DNA of 64,000 bases from assembly GCA_964016885.1 (NCBI GenBank), contig OZ024745.1, positions 106,268,001 to 106,332,000 on the forward strand, read 5' to 3'. Below the pieces are notes generated by a model. The model searched no databases. It was not told the DNA's origin and was given only the letters and a program-made list of their open reading frames with translations. The stretch comes from Eledone cirrhosa (lineage: Eukaryota). Position numbers and translations under genes: made by a program. Positions within the stretch are counted from its first letter, which is position 1. Each line of letters begins with the position of its first letter. Positions 43,850 to 58,839 of this stretch are shown one piece after another.

Positions 43850-44609
43850 GATATCCGTAGATAAAAGGCCAATAAAAACATTGCGGAAACTTTTGCAAGA
43901 GAGCTTATTTAGTATAACTAAAATTTCATACACTTAACTTGTATGCGTGACCTTAAGTTTCAATACTGCGAGCTCATCAGGCGTCAGGGCATTTGTCCTG
44001 GCGTCCGATTGAAACAGCTCCTTTATTTTTCATAATCGATACCGAGAAAAATCCCTCATATTTTCTGATTCGTCCGTGTAATGCCCCAATATCTGTCTTC
44101 ATTAAATGAGTGGAAGGCAGGTAATTTTCAGGGTCGGACAAATCATTTGCGGTGTTTGTTCAGGCAAATACAGGGGTCAGTATAAATGACTCCCAACCTG
44201 CAATTGCTGGATTTTTACCTAAATTAGAACGTATCATTATGAATAAGGGTTTCTTATATAGGCACAAGGCCAGCAAATTTAGGGGGAAGGGAAAGTCGAT
44301 TAAATCGACCCCAGTGCGTGACTGGTACTTATTTTATCGATCCCGTAATGATGAAAGACAAAGCTAACCTTGGCGGGATTAAAACTCAGAGCGTAAAGAG
44401 CCGTAACTCTGTGCCACGAAGTATGTTGTCCGTCGCTCTACTGATATTGATACTATTGTTGATACTATTATATGTATTGACTTCATATTTATTATTATTG
44501 CTGAATTACAAATGCAACAGCAGCAGCAGCAGCAGCAGAAGCAGTAGCAGTAGTAGTAGTAGTAGGAGTAGTAGTAGTATTAGTAGTAGTAGTCGTAGTA
44601 GTAGTAGTC

Positions 44610-44676
<67 letters not shown>

Positions 44677-45142
44677 CGGCAGCTGAAAATGAGTACCAGC
44701 AATAGCTGGCGGTTTAACCCTGTGATTGACCCGGATGTCGCTTCACGCTTCACGCATTTCACAGAACTTATGTTTACCGAATTCGCAGACCAGACCCCTT
44801 CTTCCTCCCGTTAGACCTGTGCGAAATTCCTTCCTTGCTCACATTTCAACCAGGTTTGATGGTCTTTATTCTCTCGTTCACGATTCCACCGAATTTATAT
44901 TCATAGAAATCTGGGACTTGTTTCTTTCTTCTTCATCACTTTCTGTTGCTTAAACCATTTTGTTTGTTTACCCTAGCGTCCCCCTTATTTACGTGTCCCA
45001 ACGACTTTTTTTAGCCGTTCCTCGCACCAACCTGAGGTATATGGCCTTTAATGCGACGAAATGCCTACGACGGTTGGAAGGCCACTGATGAGGACAAACT
45101 TTTTCATATGTAACCCATTTGCAGCGCCGCAGCTCCATTATT

Positions 45143-45343
<201 letters not shown>

Positions 45344-45383
45344 ATATAAGGAACTTGTTTTTATTTCATTGTTTTTATTAATT

Positions 45384-45440
<57 letters not shown>

Positions 45441-46152
45441 CAAAGGAATTGTGGTAAGGAACCAGATTGACCATAAGTACTCAATACTTAGGGTAGTAGA
45501 GTGGGAAATAGGTTAAAGTATACTTTTTCCTATATATATATATATATATTTATATATATTTATATTGTGAAATTAATAGAAAAAGAAAATGCATAATACA
45601 TTTCTTCAACCTAAAGCTACAACCTTAAGTTAGAAATAGAGAATAACTATAAAATTGTTAACTTTTTAGACGTAATATTAAACCTTAACACAGGGCTCTA
45701 CTATCCATTCCATAAAATTAATGAGAATCTAAACTATGTAAGTTTAACTCTAATCATCCTAGATCTATCAAGAGCACTATTGTTAATTCTATCCAACAAC
45801 GTATTTCACGCATCTCCGCTAATATAAACATTTTTGACGATAAGGCAGAATATTATAACGAAGCTTTAAATAGAGCAGGCTATATAAATAAGATAAAATA
45901 CATCGACAACAGTGATAAGGCAAATAACCCTACTATTAATTATAATTACAATAAAAAATCTAACTTAAACTCTAAAACTAACAGAAGAAATAGAACTAAA
46001 AATATTATTTGGTACTCACCCCCATTCTCATTAAGCGTTAAAACACCTTTAGCAAAGCTATTCTTTAAAGTTCTAGATAAATGTTTTCCTAAAGCCCACA
46101 TATACCACTCAATCTTTAACAGACATACCATAAACTATCGTACTCTACTTCT

Positions 46153-46713
46153 ATGAACATAGCACAACATATAAATAGAATCAATAATAGAAATTTAAAC
46201 CCTAATCAATATAACCAAATTAGCAGTAATATCTCTAGCAATATCCAACATAATAGTACCGCTCTGAATAACAACAACTCCCCAAAATATAACTGTAGAA
46301 TTAAATTAAACTATCCTTTACAAAATAAGTGTTTAGATAAGGTTGTGGTCTATAAATGTACAGTTAAAACCAGTGATAATATATTTAATTATGTAGGTGC
46401 AACTTCTACAGAATTTAAAAGTCGCTGGAATATTCACAAATGCTCTTTCCAAAGATTTGATAAAAAATCTTCAATTTCTCTTTCAAACCTGATATGGAAC
46501 TTAAAATTTAAAAATATGGATTATTTATTAACTTGGGAAATAATTTCGGAAGCACCCGCGAACCGTAACACAGCACTATCTAGATTCTGCAAATTGTGTG
46601 TTGAGGAAATTCTTTTCATACTTAAATGTAAGAACTCTATTAATATAAGGACGAATTTATTTAGTTCTTGTAGACATCGCCTATATATAAATAGAACTAT
46701 ATATAAATTATAA
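46153..46713 (+). pseudogene. GIY-YIG endonuclease domain of the PLE ORF
   Basis: VVY...YVG, R..H, CxxCxxE, N and CRH motifs. Confidence 0.85.
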
Positions 46714-47732
46714 TTATACTTATAATATTTCTACTTATTTCCATAACAATCTTATCCACTTGGTTTTAATATATTGATATCTCTAAATCATATCTATAAC
46801 ATTTGCTATAATTTCACTTCTTAACGTTTCATAAGATATATACATTTATAATTCTAATTTTTTTAAATTTTAATTTTAATTGTAATTTTAATCTCAATAA
46901 TTTTTAATTCCTTATTTTTTATTTCTTTAATTTTTTAAAACTCTTTTTTTTTAAATTACTTATCTCTTATAAATTATTTTTTTTTTAAATTTCTCGAATT
47001 TTTTATATTTTTTCAATATCTTTAATTAGATTTATAACCACTAACTAATTCTGACTAAATATATATTTCAACATTTATACTTATTTTGACAAAATAGTCT
47101 GATACTAACGTATAAATAAACAAAACTGGAGTTTTTTCCGTATCTTCCCATTTTAAAATATATAAATATAAATATTCTTATTAACTCAGTTAACTTAATT
47201 TAATTTAACTTAATATCTACTTACATTAAATACAAAACCAATATCCCTCATAACTCATTAAAACAATTATCTATAACACGATATACCCATCTATTCATTT
47301 ATTTATCTATTTATCTATTTATCTATTCATTTATTTATTTATTTATTTTTCTATCTACTATAACAGAAAATATTATATTAGAAAATAATTTTAAACAACT
47401 AATTAATCGTAAATACACGTACTATTAGATATATACTTAGAATATATTTCCCCAAAATTAACGTTATATGAGTTTTATTCATCTTCTCTAGTGTATTTCT
47501 TCTCTCTATCTCTCTCGTAATATTTTTTATCTTTATCCACTTATATTTTTTCTCTTTCTCTCTTTCTCCGGTGTCATTTAAATAAACGGTTGTTTTTCAA
47601 TTATTTACATATTCATTTGCATATTTGCACATAAGTTTAAATAATCCCGAATATATTTCCACTATCTAGCGAATTTCCAACCGATAGGGTATGATTTTCA
47701 TGGGTATGTCTCTATTTATAAAACAAACTTTG

Positions 47733-47801
47733 TATTTTATCTGATGAAAGCGTACCAATGTTGTCTTCGTTACCCTTGACATATATATATATAATAAAAT
47801 A
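47733..47801 (+). ncRNA. Hammerhead ribozyme of the PLE pLTR, probably inactivated (GAAA>GACA)
   Basis: TATTTTAT-CTGATGA-AAG...CTT-GACA-(TA)n-ATAAAATA, with a perfect 8-bp stem I. Confidence 0.65.
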
Positions 47802-47998
47802 AATATGGTTTTATAAATATAGTTTCCATTTATTTAATATCATTGAATATTTACTCCAGTAAACTGTTGAGTGCTCTAAATCAGTTATAAATATTTATAT
47901 TTGTCGGACTTCCAACAGATTAAATACCACGTCTATTTATATATATATATATACTCACACCTGAATAAACTTAATGAAAATTTGACACCACTTCCGTA

Positions 47999-48108
<110 letters not shown>

Positions 48109-48379
48109 AACTACTTATATGCATTCGAATAAACTCAGGTGATTTAACTGATTATATAATGGGTCACAAGATCATGTCAAACTGAATGTGTCAACCTTAT
48201 CTGATTGAATCATTGAAAGGTTGTTATTATTTTTTTCATTCTCGCTAGTCATGTTAGTACATGATGCACTGTAGTGTTTTCCTTTGGATTAACTTGTCAA
48301 CGGGAATTATATAGATTCTGTAATTCAACTTGAATAGCCTAATATTTAGTAATAACAAAAACCACCACCACAACATTCT

Positions 48380-48760
48380 TCTTTGAAGGTTTGTCTGGTC
48401 ACCCACTCCATTGATGACTTTCTGGTGTTTGGAATCATCTGTGAATATTCTCATGTTTCTACGCTTTACGATGTCGATAATATCACTGGTATAAATAATT
48501 GTTTCTACTATTGGCACAAGGTCAGCAATTACTCAGTACATTACTGGTACTTTATTTTATCGACCTCGTAAGGATGAAAGGCAAAGTTAACCTCGGCGAG
48601 ATTTGAACTCAGAATGGCAAGGGCCGTAACTCTATGCGTCAAAGCATGGCGTCCGACCCTCTACCAATCCTGCCAGTTCACCGCCCTATAAATAATGGTA
48701 TAAATAATGAACAGGAATGGGCCCAACATAGTGCCTTGTAGGACGCCACTACTGACATAA
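48380..48760 (-). mobile_element. CR1/L2-like RT fragment interrupted by a family A SINE (48497-48686, TSD TATAAATAAT)
   Basis: VSSGVLQGTMLGPFLFIIYT|SDIIDIVKRRNMRIFTDDSK when the SINE is removed. Confidence 0.8.
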
Positions 48761-48885
48761 TTCTATTTCTAATATTCGGCAATGCCAACCGTAACTCGTT
48801 CGGTATGCAAATGAGGTTACTCAGCCGATGTGTACTTAAGAAAATACTATATATTTTCAACCGTTCAACAGACTGGCAGATGTAT

Positions 48886-48928
48886 ACAATTCTGATGAAG
48901 GGCTATGACTCAGAAACATGTTGATTGT
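48886..48928 (+). ncRNA. Minimal type I hammerhead ribozyme
   Basis: ACAATT-CTGATGA-aGGG ctatga CTCa-GAA-ACATGT-T-GATTGT; stem II is weak. Confidence 0.6.
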
Positions 48929-49338
48929 TCCTCAAAGCCAGTGTGGAACAAACGTGACGATCGGTCTCCGGCTCAACTTCAAATCGGGCTGTTTCTTTGC
49001 AAACGAATCTAACATAATTATTAGTGTACGATATAACCCATACGAATATATATACATGGGTGTGTGTGTACATATATATATGTATGTGTGTATATTTACG
49101 TGTGTACGTCTGCATACTTACATTTATGTATCAGCTGTGCTAGGGCGAGGAATCTAATATTTTCTCTATATATATATGTATCGACAGTCGATCGACTTTC
49201 GTCAAATCGGTCCGAAGAAACAATGTTTCCGTTGGTCTTTCCAATTGCTAATACTATCTGTCGGTCGCAACTCCAGGTAGAAGGAGCAACGTGAAATAAA
49301 GTGTCTTGTTCAAGGACATAACGCATCGCTTGGTCCAG

Positions 49339-49395
<57 letters not shown>

Positions 49396-49533
49396 TAACA
49401 GATTAAAGTTTAAGCAAAGAATCGGTGCTTTCACCCTTAACGGAATCTTCTGAAACTCTTCTGAGTTTCAGAAGATCCCGTTAAGGTGAAAGCAGGGATT
49501 CTTTGCTTAGGCTTTAATCGGTTATTGTAATAA

Positions 49534-49574
<41 letters not shown>

Positions 49575-49588
<14 letters not shown>

Positions 49589-50285
49589 GAGAATGTCTGT
49601 CTGTCTGTCTGTCTGACTCCCTAAAACTCGAGAACCACCCAACCGATTGTTTTCAAACTTTACACATGTAATACTTATGGTCGTGTGAATGTTTTGAGTA
49701 AAAACTGTTCAATGCCCTAGGGATCGCATTAGGCGCCGAACATCACCCCCTTATAATATATGTGTGTATGTCTGGCTGTCTGTATTACGACATTATGGCA
49801 CTATCTGTGTGTGTCTGTGTATATATGTATATATAGTGTGTGTATATATATAGTGTGTAACGTTTTTCGAAATATTTACTTCTGCGTTCACAAAATATCT
49901 GGAAAAACGTTACACACTATATATATATACGCACACGCTATATATACATATATACACACACATAGATAGTGTCATTATGTCGTAATGCAGACAGCCAGAC
50001 ATAGAGACAGATATTATAAGGGCGCGACGTTATAGATATCTATGCGGTCTTTAAGGCATCGAACATTTTTTGCTCAAAACACTTACACGACCATAAGTAT
50101 TACATGTGTAAAGTTTGAAAAAAATCGGTTGGATGGTTCTCGAGTTTTAGGGAGTCAGACAGACAGACAGACATTCTCTGTTTTAGATATATAAACTAGC
50201 AGAATGGCCCGGCGTTGCTCGGGATTCTAAACATAGATTGGCATGTTTATGAAAGGGACAGCATTAAGCACCGGTTAGCGATCTC

Positions 50286-50317
<32 letters not shown>

Positions 50318-50990
50318 CCCTCTCTCTCTCTCTCTTTCTTAGTCTGTCTTTTTAGAGAGATACGTAGCTATAACGTCGCGCCCTTATAATATCTGTCTGT
50401 ATGTCTGGCTGTCTGCATTACGACATTATGAAAACATTGACTTCGCTATCTGTGTGTGTGTGTATATATGTATATATATATGTATACATATATGTATATA
50501 TATATGCATATATAGTGTGTGTATATATATATATATTGTTCATCCGGTTTCTTAAATAGAATATTAGTCTAATGACTCCATTTATATCATAAACGTGGTT
50601 TTGTATTTGCGTGTAATTGTTCTCATTGATCAACATAATGACGTATTATCTTCGCTTTTTTCCGTCCATTGCCAGGGAACGTCTTCACGAACCAAAGTAT
50701 CGTCTTCCTGTTTTTCCTCGGTTGCAACGTTTTTCGAAATATTTACTTCTGCGTTCACAGATTGATTTTTTTAGTTTCAGAAGATCCCGTTAAGGGTGAT
50801 CATTTTACTCTCAGGCACCCAATTAAGTTAAACCCCTGGTAATCTAAGACGAATTTCTTTTATAAGCACAAACTATAGACACCATCGCGAGGCCGCGGTA
50901 TTCCGTACTTCTCTGTACTGTTTCAGTAATGAGAGATAAACATGCCAATCTATATTTGGAATCCCGAGCAACGCCGGGCCATTCTGCTAG
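49575..50990. mobile_element. Rearranged non-autonomous Helitron cluster
   Basis: 5' ends TATATAAAACAGAGAATG(TCTG)n at ~49575 (+) and ~50195 (-). 3' ends CCCGAGCAACGCCGGGCCATTCTGCTAG at 50990 (+) and 50196 (-). Confidence 0.75.
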
Positions 50991-51013
50991 TATATATTAA
51001 AATAGCAGATTAA

Positions 51014-51064
51014 AGTTTAAGCAAAGAATCGCTGCTTTCACCCTTAACGGGATCTTCTGAAACT
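51014..51064 (-). ncRNA. Hammerhead-like motif with U4A core (CAGAAGA); other copies at 1699, 43456, 49407, 49464, 50773, 54897, 61547
   Basis: AGTTT-CAGAAGA-tCCC gttaa GGGt-GAA-AGCAG cgattct TTGCT-T-AAACT. Confidence 0.65.
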
Positions 51065-51940
51065 AAAAAAATCAATCTGTGGACGCAGAAGTAAATATTT
51101 CGAAAAACGTTGCAACCGAAGAAAAACAGGTTCGTGAAGACGTTCCCTGGCAATGAACGGAAAAAAGCGAAGATAATACGTCATTATGTGTGGCGATGAG
51201 AAAAATTACACGCAAAGACAAAACCACGTTTATGGTATAATGGAGTCATTAGACTAATATTCTACTTAAGAAACCGGATGAAACTCGGCTTCGGAGTTAA
51301 GAATAATGTAAATAAATTAGTTGAACGAAAATGACAGAGGCTATATGGAGAGAGAGAGAGGGGGGTGGGGGAGAAAACTAGAGAAGGAGAAAGAGAATTA
51401 CATTTCAAACAAACGCTTGCACATACATTTGTACACTCATGCATACCAGCACGTTGAGAACCTGCATTGTATAAACATATTCTGGCACTGGGTAATTAAG
51501 TGAATCATTTAATGGCCATTTTTACTTATTTTCTGACTCAAATATCCAATGAGAATATAATCCAATACCGGTTTCGAAATGGTGTATATTTGCGTGTATG
51601 TATGTATGTATGTATGTATGTATGTATGTATGTATGTATGTATGTATGTATGTATGTATGTATGTATGTATGTATGTATGCATGTATCTATGTATGTGAG
51701 CATGGATCTCGGGAATTTTACCCGCCTTAGATAGATAGATATATATTCAGGTTCGAGGTTCACCACTGGATAGAGCTGGTCAATTCCGTATGGTCAATCT
51801 CAATGTAATAATATAGAGAGTACTCAACGTAAAGCAGTTCAACCGTCTTTGTTTTTGTAGTTGGGGGTGCTATTACGGAGTTAAATATTATAATGAAATG
51901 ACAGCAGGCTGGATTTGTGTAAATCATTGAAAGGTTTATT

Positions 51941-51998
51941 ATACTATGATCATTTCAATGACCGGGTTCCGTATGAATCCGGTGATATCATCAGGTAT
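51941..51998 (-). ncRNA. Type I hammerhead ribozyme, canonical core, in a pLTR-like element (~51746-52460)
   Basis: ATAC-CTGATGA-tATcACCGGaTTC atacg GAAcCCGGTcATt-GAA-ATGATCAT-A-GTAT. Confidence 0.8.
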
Positions 51999-52460
51999 TC
52001 GAAATATAATAAGTGAATGTAATAGATAAAATCCATGGGGCTGAAAATCAAAGACCCGAGGGCGACCGCCATCCAGCATCTTCTACCTTTGCCGGTCGCC
52101 CTCGAGTGACGTGGCTAAAGCTTACAGTGTGCTACTACCGGTCAAATAAAGGAAAATAGAAAGGGATATGAACATAAGTTAGCGTTAATATCATGCCACA
52201 AGAAAAAAGAAAGAAAGAAGAGAGAAGAAGGGGGAAGGAAGAGGAAGAGAAGCCACAAGAAAAAAGAAAGAAAGAAAGAAGAGAGAAGAAGGGGGAAGGA
52301 AGAAGAAGAGAAGCCAGGGTTAAAGTCAGCTATAAGAAGAAAGACAGAAAGAAAGAGGAGGAAAGGTCGGTATTACAGTCTGGCCAGGGATGTCGCGAAA
52401 CATTTTTTATTCTAAGGGACCCGTATCTAAACAACTACTACCGGTCAAATATAGGCAAAC

Positions 52461-52517
<57 letters not shown>

Positions 52518-52632
52518 GGGAGTGAAACATGCGGTTACTATAGGTTCACTCGAATATCACTCTATTTGTAGTTTCCCGTCTGTATAGGTGTGGAACTAAG
52601 CAGAGTATATATACATATATATACATATATAT

Positions 52633-52667
<35 letters not shown>

Positions 52668-52766
52668 CATACATATATATGTATATATATACACATATGT
52701 AATATGTGTATGTGTGTGTGTGTGTGTGTGTTTGTTTGTGTATGTATACATACATACATACATACA

Positions 52767-52812
<46 letters not shown>

Positions 52813-53209
52813 CATACATACACATTAAAATATATTTGCACACACATGTTATACGTGTAACCTTCCACGGTTCCGAGCACTAGTGAGCTGTTCCAATTTT
52901 TCATTCACGGAACAGTTTGCTGGTGAAATTACCGTGCAGATTGTTGAATATTCCAAAGACACGTGTACCCTTACGGCTAGCATTTTGAATCACAGGTTCC
53001 ATTAATTCTTGCTTGTTGAGTGGACTGGACCGACTTGATTTATATTGACTTACTCAAGTACAAATTGCACCGACGAGGATCTGACTCACTATCTTACAAT
53101 CATCAGCCGAACACTCTAGCCACACATATACACATACATTTGTTTATATGTTTGTATACATATTTGTACGTATATATGTATATATGTATATATATATGCA
53201 TATATGTAC

Positions 53210-53337
<128 letters not shown>

Positions 53338-53379
53338 CGTTTCTGAATTTGTTTAGCAAGATTCTTTATCTGAAAACGA

Positions 53380-53890
<511 letters not shown>

Positions 53891-54079
53891 TAATATAGAA
53901 ATGGCTTCTACGTGACTGGAACTGTTTCATTCGGGAAAAATCACCAGGTAGCCCATGATTTCTCCCGAATGAAACGGTTCTAGTGCTGTAGAAGGCATTT
54001 CTATATTATATATTTATACTCTGCTATGTATTGAGTACTTTACTTAATATGGTTACCTCCGATTGAACCCGGGATAAAC

Positions 54080-54170
<91 letters not shown>

Positions 54171-55079
54171 GGTTTGAGGTTCACCACTGGATAGAGCTGG
54201 TCAATTCCGTATGGTCAATCGCAATGTAATAATATAGAGAGTACTCAACGTAATTATATATATATATATATATATATGAAAAACAAGGGGAAGAAGAATA
54301 CTGCATGGTTGCACATGAATTACATATTATAAATTAGTCCCTCATCAGTGATTTTGCCAACCATCATTGGTATTTCATCGCATTAAAAATCAGATACCTC
54401 AGGTTGGTGCGAGCAATAACTAAAATAAGCTATTGGGACAAGTGAAACGCGTAAAGCGAGTGAGACAAGTAAACAACAGAAGGGAAAGCAAACGGAAGGT
54501 TGGAAAACAGCAAGCCACATTGTAGTTATCCGATCAGCATAATCTGGGTGAATTTTATGAACGGTCAGAGAAGCAGACCGTACGCCGTGAGTGCGGTGTG
54601 AGAAAGAAGGACCACCACTAGTAGCGAACGGGAGGAAGTGAGAAGGGGAGAAACAGAGAGTGAGTGAGTGGAAGTGCGAGGAAGAGGTCAGCCGAGAGAA
54701 AAAGTGTAACTGACAGAGAGGGTGAAAGAAGGTAAAAGAAACAGAGAGAACGGGGGAGCAGTAAGAGAGAAAGAAAGAAACAGATAATCGCAGTTTAGGT
54801 AAATATATATGAAAAACAAGGGGAAGAAGAATACTGCATGTTCAATCGGAGGTAACCATATTATATATATATATATTTATTAAAATAACAGATTAAAGTT
54901 TAAGCAAAGAATCGCTGCTTTCACCCTTAACGGGATCTTCTGAAACTATATATACATGTATATATATATACATATATATATACATATATAACGCTGTGCT
55001 GATCACTCTCTGTATATCAATGTAGAGATATTTAACACACACCTATACATACACACTTATATATGTGTGTGTGTGTGTG

Positions 55080-55119
<40 letters not shown>

Positions 55120-55654
55120 TGTGTCTGTGTGTGTGTGTTTGTATGTGTGTGTGTGTTCGTGAATAGCTTTTTTGTTTTTCTCCAAGTCAATTTTTCAGTG
55201 TTTATTTCATGTGTATTTATATATTTTGTTTTTCTAATATAAAAAACAAACAAAAGGTGAAAGCATAGAATTCCTATTAGAAACACCGAAATCCTAAGCT
55301 TTTTATCTTCCCTTAGGAAGGAAGTAAGAGCCACAGGCTAAACAAAGCGCTTAATAGTCTTTTTTCTGCTTGTTTAGCTAGCGTGAGACATTTTTCTTTG
55401 TTTAGATCAAACTCTTTATATTTGTTTACGTACGATTTAATACGCAACCAGAAAGTTCCTGCGCGGCAAGATCTTTGTGATATATTTAAATATGAACTGT
55501 AATCGATTGCCTGGTCGTTTCGGAAGGAATCAAGGCTGTCATGGTCTAAATATTTTCTTTGAAAAAAATCCACCCTCCTACAGAAAACATTCACTTAGCA
55601 TTACTAAAAAAGTTTCTTTTAACTTAAATTGTCAGTCGCTGTGCCGATTACTAT

Positions 55655-58064
55655 CTGTATATCAATGTATCAATGTGTAGATATTTAACAAGATACGAGT
55701 GTCGTCGACTCCATTATGTACTAGCCATACTGTATATCAATGTATCAATGTGTAGATATTTAACAAGATACAAGTGTCGTCGACTCCATTATGTACTCCC
55801 CATACTGTATATCAATGTGTCAATGTATCAATGTGTAGATATTTAACAAGATACAAGTGTCGTCGACTCCATTATGTACTCCCCATACTATATAGCAATG
55901 TATCAATGTGTAGATATTTAACAAGATACAAGTGTCGTCGACCCCATTATGTACTAGCCATACTGTATATCAATGTATCAATATGTAGATATTTAACAAG
56001 ATACAAAAGTCGTGGACTCCATTATGTACTCCCCATACTGTATATCAATGTATCAATGTGTAGATATTTAACAAGATACAAGTGTCGTCGACTCCATTAT
56101 GTACTCCCCATACTGTATATCAATGTATCAATGTGTAGATATTTAACAAGATACAAGAGTCGTCGACTCCATTATGTACTCCCCATACTGTACATCAATG
56201 TATCAATGTGTAGATATTTAACAAGATACAAGTGCCGTCGACTCCATTATGTACTCCCCATACTATATATCAATGTATCAATGTGTAGATATTTAACAAG
56301 ATACAAGTGTTGTCGACTCCATTATGTACTAGCCATACTGTATATCAATGTATCAATGTGTAGATATTTAACAAGAGACAAGTGTTGTCGACTCCATTAT
56401 GTACTCCCCATACTGTATATCAATGTATCAATGAGTAGATATTTAACACGATACAAGTGTTGTCGACGCCATTATGTACTAGCCATACTGTATATCAATG
56501 TATCAATGTGTAGATATTTAACAAGAGACAAGTGTTGTCGACTCCATTATGTACTAGCCATACTGTATATCAATGTATCAATGTGTAGATATTTAACAAG
56601 ATACAAGTGTCGTCGACCCCATTATGTACTCCCCATACTGTACATCAATGTATCAATGTGTAGATATTTAACAAGAGACAAGTGTCGTCGACTCCATTAT
56701 GTACTCCCCATACTGTACATCAATGTATCAATGTGTAGATATTTAACAAGAGACAAGTGTCGTCGACTCCATTTTGTACTCCCCATACTGTATATCAATG
56801 TATCAATGTGTAGATATTTAACAAGAGACAAGTGTCGTCGACTCCATTATGTACTCCCCATACTGTATATCAATGTATCAATGTGTAGATATTTAACAAG
56901 AGACAAGTGTCGTCGACTCCATTATGTACTCCCCATACTGTACATCAATGTATCAATGTGTAGATATTTAACAAGAGACAAGTGTCGTCGACTCCATTTT
57001 GTACTCCCCATACTGTATATCAATGTATCAATGTGTAGATATTTAACAAGAGACAAGTGTCGTCGACTCCATTTTGTACTCCCCATACTGTATATCAATG
57101 TATCAATGTATCAATGTGTAGATATTTAACAAGATACAAGTGTCGTCGACTCCATTTTGTACTCCCCATACTGTACATCAATGTATCAATGTGTAGATAT
57201 TTAACAAGATACAAGTGTCGTCGACCCCATTATGTACTAGCCATACTGTATATCAATGTATCAATGTGTAGATATTTAACAAGAGACAAGTGTCGTCGAC
57301 TCCATTATGTACTCCCCATACTGTATATCAATGTATCAATGTGTAGATATTTAACAAGATACAAGTGTCGTCGACCCCATTATGTACTCCCCATACTGTA
57401 TATCAATGTATCAATGAGTAGATATTTAACAAGATACAAGTGTCGTCGACCCCATTATGTACTCCCCATACTGTATATCAATGTATCAATGTGTAGATAT
57501 TTAACAAGATACAAGTGTCGTCGACCCCATTATGTACTAGCCATACTGTATATCAATGTATCAATGTGTAGATATTTAACAAGAGACAAGTGTCGTCGAC
57601 TCCATTATGTACTCCCCATACTGTATATCAATGTATCAATGTGTAGATATTTAACAAGATACAAGTGTCGTCGACCCCATTATGTACTAGCCATACTGTA
57701 TATCAATGTATCAATGTGTAGATATTTAACAAGATACAAGTGTTGTCGACCCCATTATGTACTCCCCATACTGTATATCAATGTATCAATGTGTAGATAT
57801 TTAACAAGATACAAGAGTCGTCGACTCCATTATGTACTCCCCATACTGTATATCAATGTATCAATGTATCAATGTGTAGATATTTAACAAGATACAAGTG
57901 TCGTCGACCCCATTATGTACTCCCCATACTGTATATCAATGTATCAATGAGTAGATATTTAACAAGATACAAGAGTCGTCGACTCCATTATGTACTCCCC
58001 ATACTGTATATCAATGTATCAATGAGTAGATATTTAACAAGATACAAGTGTCGTCGGCTCCATT
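55655..58064 (+). repeat. 75-bp tandem satellite, about 32 units
   Basis: Unit CTGTATATCAATGTATCAATGTGTAGATATTTAACAAGATACAAGTGTCGTCGACTCCATTATGTACTCCCCATA, with an occasional extra 8-bp TCAATGTA. Confidence 0.97.
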
Positions 58065-58389
58065 CTCTACTACCCATCAGCGCTGCCGATGACTGTACAT
58101 TCGTACAAAACTGTACATTTTGCTCAAAAATTTGATGTGCTGTATCTACGATAGCATCGGACATCTAGAGCACCGGACTCTTCAGGAAGGTAGCTCAAAT
58201 TTAGACAATAAATTCTCCAAAGTGATCGCGCCAAGAATACATTAAAAAATGGCTAAGAATCGTGACGTAGCAGCGGTCAGATTAGAAAGAATGTGATTAG
58301 TTGCTTACGGCTGGTGGCCTTTTACTAGAAAGCGCAGCACAATACAGCCAAAATTGTATCTCAACCTAAAGGAGATTATTACATATAAA

Positions 58390-58533
<144 letters not shown>

Positions 58534-58543
58534 TGTGTGTGTT

Positions 58544-58611
<68 letters not shown>

Positions 58612-58763
58612 GCAACGGGTCACTTTGTGGCTCAATGAAGAGTTAATAAATTAAATAATCAGAGCTATATATCATAAAACATGTCTATAGAATCACCAGA
58701 TAAAATATGAATGTATTCTAGGCGCGATCACTTTGGAGAATTTATTGTCTAAATTTGAGCTAA

Positions 58764-58839
58764 CTTCCTGAAGAGTCCGGTGCTCTAGATGTCCGATGCT
58801 ATCGGATATCTTAAAATGCGGACAAAACCATGGTAGAGG
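58764..58839 (+). ncRNA. Type I hammerhead with long stem II and G12A change
   Basis: CTTC-CTGAAGA-GTCCG..AGATGTCCGA tgcta TCGGATATCT..CGGAC-AAA-ACCATGGT-A-GAGG. Inverted partial copy at 58150-58243. Confidence 0.65.

Larger units (their letters stand above)
45560..47935 (+). mobile_element. 5'-truncated Penelope-like element (RT C-terminus + GIY-YIG endonuclease + 3' pLTR)
   Basis: VNFLDVILNL..SNHP..IIWYSPPFS..SIFNRHT then ORF 46153-46713 with VVVYKC..YVGATSTEFKSRWNIH..CKLCVEE..NIRTNLFSSCRH. Frameshifts near 45745 and 46132. HHR at 47733. Confidence 0.9.

Noticed and set aside
43945-43985. Minus-strand CTGATGA...GAAACTTAAGGTC motif
   Set aside because: Stems I and II are broken next to the core; too degenerate to call.
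55774-58135. 451-aa and 276-aa repeat ORFs, or a CRISPR-like array
   Set aside because: Homogeneous 75-bp tandem units with no unique spacers, frame-breaking 8-bp insertions and a eukaryotic context.
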